Shown piece by piece: positions 49,233-59,594 of a DNA stretch of 64,000 nt. This DNA is from a virus: the IMG/VR virus record IMGVR_UViG_3300047091_000002, positions 55,488-119,487 of that record; one strand, 5' to 3'. The notes beneath the pieces were generated by a model. The model ran no database searches. It saw only the letters and a list, made by a program, of their open reading frames with translations, and was not told the origin of the DNA. Within the stretch, counting starts at the first letter, position 1. Each line of letters begins with the position of its first letter. The translations under genes were made by a program, and so were the position numbers.

Positions 49233-49457
49233 ATGACATTTGGAGATTCGTTTTTTGAAGCGTTTATTACCGATTTATGTGAATTTCTTACTACAAAGCA
49301 AGCCGTATTTGATGATTCGGTATCTCAAAAAGAGTTAGAAAAAATGCGAGACAAATTGGAAAAATCTATTGAAGTGTATATGGATCATAAAATAGTTAAA
49401 AAAGGAAGTGAATTCTTTAAGTTAGTAGATTACGTCGGGCAAAACGATGATCTATAA
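49233..49457 (+). CDS. Hypothetical protein
   Basis: GGAG RBS, ORF track. Confidence 0.55.
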   Translation: MTFGDSFFEAFITDLCEFLTTKQAVFDDSVSQKELEKMRDKLEKSIEVYMDHKIVKKGSEFFKLVDYVGQNDDL

Positions 49458-49481
49458 TCGAGGGCATGATGTATGTAGAAT

Positions 49482-49853
49482 TTGAAAGGAGTTAAGATGA
49501 GCGAAGGTAAACGTCTTGTTTTCGGTACGTTTCGTCCTTGTATGATTCCGTGCGGCCATTCTCGTGCCGATTGCTCAAATTGTAGAGGGAGAGTCGAGGA
49601 GTATTCAGAGATAAGGCTTTGCATCTGTTCGCACCACACGGAATTCTCTCTTGAAGATCAACTGGCTGTCATTAGGTACAGGCTGGACGAGTTTGATGAC
49701 GTACAGCGCGAGCAGTACCAAGATGTACAGAACGACAGAAGATGTCAGCTAGAGCGGGAAGCCGCTGTGGCGAAAGAAATATTCAAGCTTGGTGGAGGCC
49801 CGAAACACGCACGGCGACCTTCAAGCGGGCAATTGTACGGAGACAAGGACTAA
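49482..49853 (+). CDS. Hypothetical Cys-rich protein, GC-rich relative to neighbours
   Basis: PCGHSRADCSNC...CICSHH; start probably ATG 49498. Confidence 0.55.
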   Translation: MKGVKMSEGKRLVFGTFRPCMIPCGHSRADCSNCRGRVEEYSEIRLCICSHHTEFSLEDQLAVIRYRLDEFDDVQREQYQDVQNDRRCQLEREAAVAKEIFKLGGGPKHARRPSSGQLYGDKD

Positions 49854-49904
49854 GGAGCCGCCGCTCCGGCCTAAAGGCTTCGGAGCCTCCTTTCGGAGGA
49901 ACAG

Positions 49905-50123
49905 ATGAAAAATAAAATTAAAACTGTAATCACTGATAAAAAATTTATTAAATGGTTAAGAGAACATGGGTGTCCTGATTTTTATAGTAGCTTCATACTT
50001 ATAAAAGGAATGGGAGAAAGAATGGAGTTGGAAATCGTTAATGATAAAATAGTAGAATTAACTTGGTACGGAAGACCGAAAAATAAATCATTGAAAATCT
50101 TACACATCGATGTAAAAGATTAA
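49905..50123 (+). CDS. Hypothetical protein
   Basis: GGAGG RBS; intact paralog of 47598-47792. Confidence 0.6.
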   Translation: MKNKIKTVITDKKFIKWLREHGCPDFYSSFILIKGMGERMELEIVNDKIVELTWYGRPKNKSLKILHIDVKD

Positions 50124-50140
50124 ATTCTAAGGAGGTATTT

Positions 50141-50587
50141 ATGAAACTTAAAATATTCGCTTGGTTCCTGTTAATTGGCTATTTCGTGTTCATTTATTGT
50201 CAAGAAATTAGCAGTGCAAAACTACGCGCACAAGATAAGCAAGGACAAATGCATCAAATTTTAAAAAAAGACGAGGCCATAAATCCAAATTCCTTTCATA
50301 TTCATAGATATTCGGATGTAAGATTTAGACTTGTAGAAATTCTTGAAGTCGGAGACAACGTATTAAAAACGGCGGATTTAGAGGAACAGACAATTGGTGC
50401 CGATCTAATATATGAAATTGATCCTTTGTTTACTACATTAGAAGCAGTAAAAGGAAAAGATGGAAAAATAGAACGAATTTCTAGTAAGATGCTAAAACTA
50501 AAAGAGTTAAAGCATAAACAAGGAGTTCTTTCGTATTGTAGTTTCTGTAATAGAGCAATAAGTTTAATGATCTGGAAGGAGAAATAA
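50141..50587 (+). CDS. Membrane-anchored hypothetical protein
   Basis: N-terminal hydrophobic helix; GGAGG RBS. Confidence 0.6.
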   Translation: MKLKIFAWFLLIGYFVFIYCQEISSAKLRAQDKQGQMHQILKKDEAINPNSFHIHRYSDVRFRLVEILEVGDNVLKTADLEEQTIGADLIYEIDPLFTTLEAVKGKDGKIERISSKMLKLKELKHKQGVLSYCSFCNRAISLMIWKEK

Positions 50588-50682
50588 TGAAGAAAAATAA
50601 AGTAACAGTGTTGGCTGAGTTAAAATTGGGAAAGAAAAGGTTCCTTTTATACAGGATATTATTCTTAGATTAGAGAATTTTA

Positions 50683-50868
50683 ATGTTAACAAAAAGACAA
50701 AAAGAAAATTACCTTAAAGAACCTAGTAAATGTCCTAAATGCATATCAGATGATATTGACGTAATTGTTGCATTTGATGGAAATAATCAGGGTATACAAT
50801 GCCTAACGTGTGATTTTTATTGGATTGACATCTATGAACTGGTTGACATAATAGAAAACGAGGATTAA
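50683..50868 (+). CDS. Small zinc-ribbon protein
   Basis: CPKC...CLTC. Confidence 0.55.
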   Translation: MLTKRQKENYLKEPSKCPKCISDDIDVIVAFDGNNQGIQCLTCDFYWIDIYELVDIIENED

Positions 50869-51033
50869 ATTCTTGAAATATTGCAAATACATCGAGACAA
50901 TCGCTACATACGCCTGGCAAAGATGGATATGTTGTTGGTGCGAATACGATAATATAATATACTCAAAACAATGCAACAAATGCGGAAGAAGTGGTTGTGA
51001 ATCAGTTTTCAAAGATTAGATACGGAGATATAC

Positions 51034-51663
51034 ATGGGATCAAGTAGAATAACGAATAATTCTTATAGAAATTACATTGAAAAGTTCATGGCTAGGAAGT
51101 CGGCAATAGACTTAATGCCGTTCTTTCAACCCACTGGAAATCCTGCTAAGGAAATCACTGAAAGCTATGCAATGTGGGAAACTGCCAAGCTTTTAGGACT
51201 AGATTCTAAAGATGAAGTAGTCTGCATAGTTGTAGGAGATGGCTCTACACCCCGTACAGCGGCTCTAGTGGCGTTTTCAAGTGTTTGGGAATGTCATTCT
51301 ATAGATCCTAAAATAAACCTCTTAAACTGGCAGGAAACGCTTTCTAGACATATCGCAATAGGGGAACCTATTAGACGATTAGAGATTTATCCTAAATACG
51401 CCAAAGAAGTCTCCATTGATTGTCAAGGTAAGAGAACTTTAATCTTACTTCCCCACTCCCATGCTAATATGAAAGATGCTTTAGATGTAGCAAAGAATTC
51501 TTCTAGAATAGATATAATATCAATGCCTTGTTGCGAACCTATCCCCAGTTGGGCAATGGAAAAGAAATTTACCCTAAAACATAACTTGAAAGTATTTGAT
51601 GATGAAGCAGTGTGGAGTCCTAAAAGAAGAATATTTATTTGGGAGGATATGGGAAATATATGA
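51034..51663 (+). CDS. SAM-dependent methyltransferase-like protein (class I, putative)
   Basis: VCIVVGDGSTPRTAAL motif I-like, CHSIDP motif II-like, SMPCC. Confidence 0.6.
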   Translation: MGSSRITNNSYRNYIEKFMARKSAIDLMPFFQPTGNPAKEITESYAMWETAKLLGLDSKDEVVCIVVGDGSTPRTAALVAFSSVWECHSIDPKINLLNWQETLSRHIAIGEPIRRLEIYPKYAKEVSIDCQGKRTLILLPHSHANMKDALDVAKNSSRIDIISMPCCEPIPSWAMEKKFTLKHNLKVFDDEAVWSPKRRIFIWEDMGNI

Positions 51664-52182
51664 ACGAAACAGAAATAGATTTTCTAAAGACGCACTTTAA
51701 ATATAAAAAGGTATGGGCCGTTATCTACACACAGGACGGCTGGGAGACCGGATACGTTACGGGACTTACTCTTACACAAGCGTAAAGAAAAATCAACATA
51801 GAAGATTCAGGGAATTTAAGTTTCGTAAAGTTGTTTCTGGAAATTCGATGAATTCGTAGCTTATATGGTTTGCAGAATATTATATGAAGACGAACTTCTA
51901 TCTGATAAAGGTTTGCAACTAAAATAGTTAAGGAGAAAATTATGGGAGATAGAGAAGCAAAAGAACATGTTGACAAGATTAAAGCATTCGTAAAGAGATT
52001 GAACGATCTACTAGAGGTCAGATTAAAAGAGTTTGCAGAATTTAGATAATTAGTGCATGAAGGAAGCATATTTAATCTTGTAGTTACTTCGGCAATCCGT
52101 CGGATCTGAAACAGACGTAGGTAAAAACTTTGGATATATAATTCCCAACTTGACTAGTAACAATATATTTTAAGGAGATAAA

Positions 52183-52452
52183 ATGAAACGAGATTACACA
52201 AATGAATTTACAAAAATGGGTAAGCGAAAATATAAAGATCAATTAGCTTGTGGAACTATTCCTGAATTAACCGTTGCCGGACAACAAGAATATCTTGCTA
52301 ACGACGGTGGAGCAAGAATAGATTTTGATTTAGCAAATGGTGCCGAACTGGATATGGAATTTCGGCTAGGAAGAATTAGCTATTCTGAATATCTTCGCTT
52401 ATTTGACGAAAATAAATGCGCCGAGCGTGGCTGGACCATTCTCTCAAACTAA
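52183..52452 (+). CDS. Hypothetical protein
   Basis: AAGGAG RBS, ORF track. Confidence 0.55.
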   Translation: MKRDYTNEFTKMGKRKYKDQLACGTIPELTVAGQQEYLANDGGARIDFDLANGAELDMEFRLGRISYSEYLRLFDENKCAERGWTILSN

Positions 52453-52847
52453 ATTAGTTGAGAGCGGTAAGGAAATATTATGAAATGTCGTAATTGCAAA
52501 GAAGATATACAACCTTGTAAATGCTTTCGTAATAAATGTGTTGATTGCGGAAAGCCAGTTGGTAATATAACATTTACTGCCTGCGATTCCTGTTGGGATA
52601 AGAAATATAAATCTGAAGATACGTGAATAGATTAGAAAATTTTAATGTTGAGGAATTATGCACAAACACTATTGTAATAAATGCTTCTCTATAATAGAAT
52701 GCAAGACTAGAAAGTGCGTAGAACGATATTATCGGCTATGTAAGCAATGTTCAGAGGGATTACGAGGACAAAGAAGGGTTTCAGTAAATGGAAAATGGAG
52801 ATATATAAAAGATTAGAAAAATTTAATCTAGAAATAAAGAATAGGAC

Positions 52848-52876
52848 TTGACAAATTGATTTAAATGTGTTATAGT
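52848..52876 (+). promoter_or_regulatory. sigma70-type promoter
   Basis: TTGACA - 17 nt - TATAGT with TG extension. Confidence 0.7.
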
Positions 52877-52881
52877 AATAA

Positions 52882-53345
52882 ATGCTCGATGCAAGAGCAA
52901 ATGGTCTGATGTTGTAGTTGATAATTAAATAGACCTTAAATCGCACTAATCGTGCATCCTGGTGACAGGACGTGGAATGGTAGGGCTTGTCGTATATGAA
53001 GCTACAGTATAGGCTCAACATAACTGAGGTAAACATCGGCACGATGGATAGTATGACCAATAGCTCTGCATCCATCAGTAGCGCAACCTCAAAGAGCAAC
53101 TACGCTGTAGCCCCGCTGCTCGTTGTCCACGAAAATCCGCCCCTTACGTGCTTCCATTTTTACTAGGAAGTCGGTACGGCTATACGAGATAACCGGCACA
53201 TCAAAAAGCGACGGGGAACTCAAGTTGAAACTTGACTACGACCTTTAGATGTATACCTAATAGTTGTTCGGTAGTGATACACATCGTATTTTACCGAATA
53301 GCTAGGTAGGTATACGTTTGTCCATAGCTTAGAAGAATCTAAGTT
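52882..53345 (+). ncRNA. Candidate ~460-nt structured RNA
   Basis: Begins at predicted TSS; helices CGTGGA/TCCACG, GCTACAG/CTGTAGC, GATGGA/TCCATC, TCCTG-GTGA-CAGGA, GTATACCTA/TAGGTATAC, 13-bp TAGTTGTTCGGTA/TACCGAATAGCTA. Confidence 0.65.
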
Positions 53346-53450
53346 GTGGTATTTTAAATAATACTTCTTTAAAAACATTTTATATACTGTATATACAGTA
53401 TTAAAGATTATTAGATACAATAATTACAGATTTATATACTATAAAATAGT

Positions 53451-54197
53451 ATTCAGGAATTAACTATCAAATCTTGTATTAAATGTAAAGAGAACTACCC
53501 TAGAACTACTAAGTATTTCTACAGTAAAACCAGTTCATCAGATAGATTACGTAACGAGTGCAAGTCCTGTTTTAAAACAATCACAAATAAAATTCGTAGA
53601 CGATTAGTTAATCGTAGAAGGGCTTGCGGTATATGTTATTCCTGTAAAGAAAGGGTTCTGCCCGGAAAAACTTTTTGTAGTGACTGTAATGCCAAAATAA
53701 ACAAGCGAAACAAAGCCCGTCGCAAGAAACGAAAGGAAAGACGTGAATGCGTTCAGTGCGGTTCCCCTGATATTAAAGGGAGTTCCTTTTGTAATAAGCA
53801 TTTTCAAGTTCGAGTGGTCGCGCAGAGGAATTACTTATTAAAGCGTAGGCTACAAGGATTATGTAGCGATTGTCCATTACCACTTATTGCCTCCTCGTAC
53901 TGCCTTGAGTGTTGGGTACGACATAATGCAACTAAAGCGACCGGAACCGTTAAAATGTATTTACCCGCTCGCCGTTTGTTAGATAGGCAAAACTGGAGAT
54001 GCGCGTATACTGGAATTAAATTAGTGCCGGGTGTCAATGCAAGTATTGACCACATTCTACCCCTTTCAAGGGGCGGAGCTAAATCCGATATTAACAATCT
54101 ACAATGGGTAGATTTATCCGTCAATCGGGCTAAGAACAATCTTACTCATGAGGAATTTCTTTCTATCTGCCGAATAATAACCGAGCGGTGGAATTAA
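53451..54197 (+). CDS. Zinc-finger HNH endonuclease (frame open 121 codons upstream of the annotated GTG)
   Basis: Upstream KSCIKCKENYP...NECKSC plus further CxxC pairs in frame with WRCAYTG...SIDHILPLSRGG...NLQWV...VNRAK. Confidence 0.8.
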   Translation: MQELTIKSCIKCKENYPRTTKYFYSKTSSSDRLRNECKSCFKTITNKIRRRLVNRRRACGICYSCKERVLPGKTFCSDCNAKINKRNKARRKKRKERRECVQCGSPDIKGSSFCNKHFQVRVVAQRNYLLKRRLQGLCSDCPLPLIASSYCLECWVRHNATKATGTVKMYLPARRLLDRQNWRCAYTGIKLVPGVNASIDHILPLSRGGAKSDINNLQWVDLSVNRAKNNLTHEEFLSICRIITERWN

Positions 54198-54372
54198 TTC
54201 TAAGTTGATGTAGTTAAGATTCTATATTATAAAACTTCCTTATACTCTCTAAGTTAGTAGTTAAGATACTGAAATAACGATAAGTAGTAAGATTAGAAGT
54301 TAAAGAAAAGATAAACTTCCTTTGTAAATACTTACACTAAACAATAATTAGAAATATAGATACTCGGTTAGT

Positions 54373-54906
54373 ATGAATACTACTAGATTTGTTAAGATTT
54401 CAGCAAGAAGAATGAAGAAACGCCCTACTAAGTATGAGTATATCTTTAGGGAAAGACTTATTAAGGCTGAAATTGCACATAGATTTCAAGTTGAGATAGG
54501 AAATTACATTGCGGATTTTCTATTTCCCGATAAGATGTTAATCGTAGAAATTGATGGGAGGTGGCACGAAGACCCCAAACAAGTAATATACGACTCCAAA
54601 AGAACCGAAGTCTTTGAAAAGATTGGATATACTGTTATTCGGGTAAAGAATCAGAATGTTAAAGATTTTTCATTAGAGACTATAATAGATATACCGAATC
54701 GAACCTCAAAAGAGTATAAGAAGGCAATCGCCAGAGCTAAGAACTTTCGTAATGTTGCCTTCTGTACTGTATGCCAAAAAGATACTCCTGTCACTAACTC
54801 AAATAAGTTTATGCCTCACGGTAGTCGTGGTTCCTGCCCTCTTAGTGGAAAATTCGTCTCAAAAGACCTAAAACTTATTTCTAGACACCCGGAAAGAACT
54901 CTTTAA
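54373..54906 (+). CDS. DUF559 / Vsr-like endonuclease
   Basis: QVEIGNYIADFLFPDKMLIVEIDGRWH...DSKRT...GYTVIRV. Confidence 0.85.
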   Translation: MNTTRFVKISARRMKKRPTKYEYIFRERLIKAEIAHRFQVEIGNYIADFLFPDKMLIVEIDGRWHEDPKQVIYDSKRTEVFEKIGYTVIRVKNQNVKDFSLETIIDIPNRTSKEYKKAIARAKNFRNVAFCTVCQKDTPVTNSNKFMPHGSRGSCPLSGKFVSKDLKLISRHPERTL

Positions 54907-55550
54907 TTCCCTTCCTATTAAACCAAATTAGTGTGGAGAAAATCAATTACGATGAAACAAGAGACTGTATAAAGATATACCTTTCAAGATTCATCCCTTC
55001 ATTGGGTGCTAAGTGAGGTGACTGCTTTTGTTAAAAGGAATGAAAGCAATTATGTTATACATAAATTGGAACTTGTTCCTAGCGTGGAGGCTAACACAGT
55101 TGTTCTTGAGATGACAGAAATACTTTAAATATAATGACATACTCAAGAAATTTCTACCCCGAATCTAAATACGCTTAGACATCCGAAGAGAGATTAACTA
55201 TATGAAATTAAAGACAATAGCAGAAGTATTATGGTTTCTTGATAGTTTAGATGGGTACGGATTATTGGTATCGGACGAGGATTTAGTTGCCGAAAGATTG
55301 AAAGAACTAGATAATGATTTGATAGATTAGGAGTTGCCGGTATGAAAATAGAATTTGAGGAAGTAAGTCTTTATGTTAGCGCCGAACCCGGTATGGAGGG
55401 TTGCGTTGAAATAGGAGAAAAGGGTTTAGAGTGGAAAAATTCTGTTGGATTTTCTTCGATTCATACAGCTATAAGAGATTTAAAGAAGGTTGTATCTTTT
55501 CTTGAGGACTACGTATAACAAACTGCACACTACTGTATGCTAATTAATAC

Positions 55551-55579
55551 TTGTATTTACACTTATCTTGTGTTATAAT
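55551..55579 (+). promoter_or_regulatory. sigma70-type promoter, probably giving a leaderless HNH mRNA
   Basis: TTGTAT - 17 nt - TATAAT; ATG of next gene 7 nt after the -10 box. Confidence 0.55.
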
Positions 55580-55585
55580 ACATGA

Positions 55586-56179
55586 ATGATATTTGATGTT
55601 AAGACTGTTTCCGCCAAAATTGGCTATAAAGCCAAACCTCCTGTAAATACATACTCTATCCCTATGCGCCTTATGGAATTAGGGTATAAAAACTATAAAG
55701 ATTATCTTAGATCGGATCATTGGCAATCTTTCCGAAAAAGATTCTTTTCTGAATCTGCAATTTGTAAGCGCCTTACGATAAAGTTCGGCAGACCTGTATG
55801 CCAGTATTGCCATTCCGGTAGAAATTTAAATATCCATCATCGAACTTATAAACGACTAGGGGGTGAACGGCTTAGTGATGTCGTATTAGTGTGCCAAGAT
55901 TGCCATAAGAGAATTCATGATTTCAACAAGACCTCTCGAAAAGGTTTATGGTCTGCCACTTCTAGAGTCGGTCGTAAACAAAAGAAATTAAAGCTCAAGA
56001 AGGATACGCCTAGTATCAGGCGTTGGATTTGTCCAAGTTGTAAGAAGTTTATGTATTTAGATAGATTTGATAATTTTGTTCTTCACGGAAATCCTAAAAA
56101 TAGATGCCCTATGAGCGGAAAAACTAATCGTAATAACTGCACCAATAAGGAGCCATATGAAATCTTTAGCGCAAATTAA
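55586..56179 (+). CDS. HNH endonuclease
   Basis: YLRSDHWQ...CQYC...LNIHHRTY...LVCQDCHKRIH. Confidence 0.88.
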   Translation: MIFDVKTVSAKIGYKAKPPVNTYSIPMRLMELGYKNYKDYLRSDHWQSFRKRFFSESAICKRLTIKFGRPVCQYCHSGRNLNIHHRTYKRLGGERLSDVVLVCQDCHKRIHDFNKTSRKGLWSATSRVGRKQKKLKLKKDTPSIRRWICPSCKKFMYLDRFDNFVLHGNPKNRCPMSGKTNRNNCTNKEPYEIFSAN

Positions 56180-56495
56180 AAATATTCAGGATAAATTAAA
56201 AGAAGAATATTTTGCTAAAAAGCAACTTCTTCCAACTCTTAATAGCTCAGATAAAATTAGACTAACAAGTGAACTACTTGATATGCAAATAGGAATAACT
56301 ACATTAGATTTATTCTTTGAATAGTTTATATCAAGCCTGCCGAGCAAAAAATTTGCTACTAAAATAGTTCAATAGAGGAACTAATAGCTTAGTGATCCAG
56401 CATTAACATGTGGAAGACGCTGCAAAAGACTAATCTAAGAATAGATGCGCTATGTACGGTATGAATGCTAAGCTAAATTAGTTAAAGGGAATCAT

Positions 56496-56810
56496 ATGAG
56501 TAAGAAATCCATTATCACAAAGTCTCCGCAAGAAAATTCAATAGATTTCGATAAATTGTTACCCGAATTAGATAAACGAACAAAAGATATGTTTGGAATT
56601 AGCTCAGACTATTGCAGCAGAGCGCTTTATTATCTGATACTTGATAATCGTGAACATCTTGAAGGATTCTCGGTTTATTATTTCCATAAAGCCTTTAGGC
56701 AAATTGATGTTACTCCCACGGGTAATTTAGATATGGCATTTTACTCTTTATTAAATGGGGCAAGAATATTTTGGGAAATAATTGAAGAGCTGTATTCATC
56801 TACAGACTAA
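56496..56810 (+). CDS. Hypothetical protein
   Basis: ORF track. Confidence 0.5.
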   Translation: MSKKSIITKSPQENSIDFDKLLPELDKRTKDMFGISSDYCSRALYYLILDNREHLEGFSVYYFHKAFRQIDVTPTGNLDMAFYSLLNGARIFWEIIEELYSSTD

Positions 56811-56831
56811 CTTAGTAAGAGGAGAAAATAG

Positions 56832-57041
56832 ATGAACGCCTTAACCAAAAATCATAAGGAATTTTTAGAGGAACAAGGTCCAACTATTAAAGAAATATCT
56901 TCTATAGCAGTTAACGATGGTTATGGAAATAAGTTAGGAGATACCTATGAGGAACTAGGTTCTGATCCTGTGGTACTGGGTGGTAAGTACGTGGTTCCTG
57001 AATGGATGGCAGAAATATTTGGAAGAATTGGTAAACGATAA
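56832..57041 (+). CDS. Hypothetical protein
   Basis: GGAG RBS, ORF track. Confidence 0.55.
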   Translation: MNALTKNHKEFLEEQGPTIKEISSIAVNDGYGNKLGDTYEELGSDPVVLGGKYVVPEWMAEIFGRIGKR

Positions 57042-57642
57042 TGCGACTAAATTACAAAAAAGAATTTTTGAATGCTAGAGAAGTTTTAGTTAGAATTGAG
57101 AATATGCACCTTGGCGGATATGTAAGATCCACTAGTAATGGAGAAACAATTGTACCTCTATATTGCAATTGTGATACCTGTTCCGAAGTTAGAAAAATTC
57201 TAAAAAGAACAGATTGCTCTTGATGGTAGTACGATATGCTTTATCTGGAGAGATTGATATAATGCAAGAAGAAGTAATAATAACATCAGATAGAATTATA
57301 AATGATTCACGATTTTTGTCAACAGTGTTTACCATTAAATCCAGAATAAAATATTCTTTACAATTGCAAAGGTCGCAGAAGGATCTTCTAGATCAACTTG
57401 ATTTAGGTGGATGGAATTGTTTTGGAGAATACCGTGATTAAAAAATTTTTCGACGATACCTGGTAATATACACCAATATTACTAGAATTTGACAACGGAA
57501 TTAATAGGGCAGTACCTCCTATTATATATAAATATCTTAAAAGAGGATATTCTCCTAGAGAAATGAGTTTATTGATTTCTATATATGCTCTAGAAATCTG
57601 CGCCGAGATAGTCCTTATAGAAGATGCTAAGAGGTTAAAGAA

Positions 57643-58122
57643 ATGATTAAACCAGTATTCGCTATTGATGTTGGTGGGGTTCTAGCCAGTAAACAACACG
57701 ATGGGGAACCCGTAGAAAATTCTTTAGACATTATACCGGAACTCGCCAACCTATATGATCTATGGATAGTATCTATGTGTGGTACTAGGCGTGCAGAAGA
57801 TACCAAACTATGGTTAAGGGAATGGGAATTTGATAGATATATTCCTGTAGATCATCAAATCTATATTCCCTTCAAAGATAAAAATAAAAACTATCAATTG
57901 GATAAAATAAAAGCCAAATACTTTATTGATGATAGGATCAAACATCTTAGACCGGCTATTCAAGTTCCCAGTATAGTGAAATTATTTCATTTTGGAGATG
58001 ATAGAGCAGAGATTTATGCAGATATGAGAAAAGAGTGCTTTTATGAATCCTTAACTAGAAAAGAACCGATTGAATATATCCAGATAACGCATTGGATAGA
58101 AATTTTAACATTTCTAGTATAA
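57643..58122 (+). CDS. HAD-superfamily phosphatase-like protein
   Basis: FAIDVGGVL (motif I variant), WIVS (motif II), YFIDDR (motif IV). Confidence 0.6.
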   Translation: MIKPVFAIDVGGVLASKQHDGEPVENSLDIIPELANLYDLWIVSMCGTRRAEDTKLWLREWEFDRYIPVDHQIYIPFKDKNKNYQLDKIKAKYFIDDRIKHLRPAIQVPSIVKLFHFGDDRAEIYADMRKECFYESLTRKEPIEYIQITHWIEILTFLV

Positions 58123-58862
58123 TTATGGTGATATAAAAAATGTATAAAACTATTCCAGTTACAGATCAACTTAGAAACGTATATAAAAATACCTACACTA
58201 AAAATTTCTCTAATTGGTGCGGTGCTGTTCATCCAACTCCGGGGCATTGGGTCTGTTCTAGATTAAGTGGACACAAATGCAAAAGACATATTGCACATCT
58301 AGGAAATGGATATATAAAATATATCTGGGAGAATTAAGATATGTACATTTCGTTGACTGGGTTACTTTTAAAGATCACGCGGTTCATGCAATATGTTGTG
58401 ATTGCGGTATGGATTTTGACCCAATAACTATAGAAGGAAAGCCAATAATTGTTTCTATAGAACGATTAGAAGTATTAAAGTTGGAAAAAGATCAATGAGA
58501 AGATGAATTAAAGAAGGTAACAGAGACCTATGATTAAAAATTTGGATGAAGATTTTGATGAAAATTCTTCAGAACTTGCGCAGCAAATACGTGAAGGTTA
58601 TGCTGCATATTTACGGGGAGATTATATAGATATAGATGAACTCTTACGTGAACTAGAAAAAGGATGTGAAAATGAAGATAAAAAAGATTGATAGTAGTTG
58701 TTCCCATTGTTTCCATCTCTTTACAGGTCCGATTTGGATGATCATTCCCGACGGGCAAGTTTTAGAAAAATGTTGTAAGTGTGGTGCAACTAGATTAGTT
58801 CATATAGATCATTCTTCTAATCATTGGAGACCAAAAATTAAAAAATTCTAGGGGGAAATATA

Positions 58863-59156
58863 ATGTCATCATTTACAAGATGCATGGAATGTTGGAATAT
58901 AATTACCGATAATGGCAACGGGATAGGGCATTCGCTTATTTGTAGCGAGCATATACCATCTAAAGAAACTCCTACAATGCGAGATTTAATTATAAAAAGA
59001 ATTCAAGAATTAAGGATTCCCCCTTTTAACGGGCACGTATGCTTTGGGTCTGAGTATGATCAATATCATACCGACGAAACATTTGAATCTTTCTCCGACC
59101 ATCAATTGGTTCATGCGTTTGAAATTATTTGTAGAACAGCTTATAGACAGAGGTAA
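58863..59156 (+). CDS. Hypothetical protein
   Basis: ORF track. Confidence 0.5.
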   Translation: MSSFTRCMECWNIITDNGNGIGHSLICSEHIPSKETPTMRDLIIKRIQELRIPPFNGHVCFGSEYDQYHTDETFESFSDHQLVHAFEIICRTAYRQR

Positions 59157-59158
59157 AT

Positions 59159-59350
59159 ATGTGGTTAAGAACGACCGATGATAAAAATCCCGATGTAAAA
59201 TGTCCCAATTGCAATCAAGGGTATTTCGATGATTCTGAAGAAAGGATGGACTATGATTCTGATTGGATGATATGTGAAGAATGTTCTAAGAAATTTTATG
59301 TAACTCGTGAACTTATAAGAACTTACAGAATTTCTATAGTGGGAAAATAA
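59159..59350 (+). CDS. Small zinc-ribbon protein
   Basis: CPNC...CEEC. Confidence 0.55.
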   Translation: MWLRTTDDKNPDVKCPNCNQGYFDDSEERMDYDSDWMICEECSKKFYVTRELIRTYRISIVGK

Positions 59351-59594
59351 ATGATTCAAACATTTCTCTGCATTGGCGGTCCTTTGGATGGACATAAAGT
59401 AACGGAACAATACGCCGGATCTGATTATTTAGGATTTAATTGTGATTCTCAACCTGCTCACTCTAAATATACTAAAATAAAAGGTAGATGGATGCGGCAT
59501 TTTTTAACTCCTAAACACATTCTAGTCTGGAAAGAATTATTTAAAAGTTATACATATTGAAGAATATCGATGCAAAAAACTATCGAGGTTAATA

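Noticed and set aside
49810-49890. c-di-GMP-I riboswitch (GGGCAA...CTCCGGCCTAAA similarity)
   Set aside because: No GNRA tetraloop/receptor pair and no 3' P1 strand; the sequence is explained by a local hairpin and overlaps a coding end
52707-53420. Minus-strand ORFs 52707-53099 and 53220-53420
   Set aside because: Antisense to a promoter-driven structured region; no RBS or protein-like features
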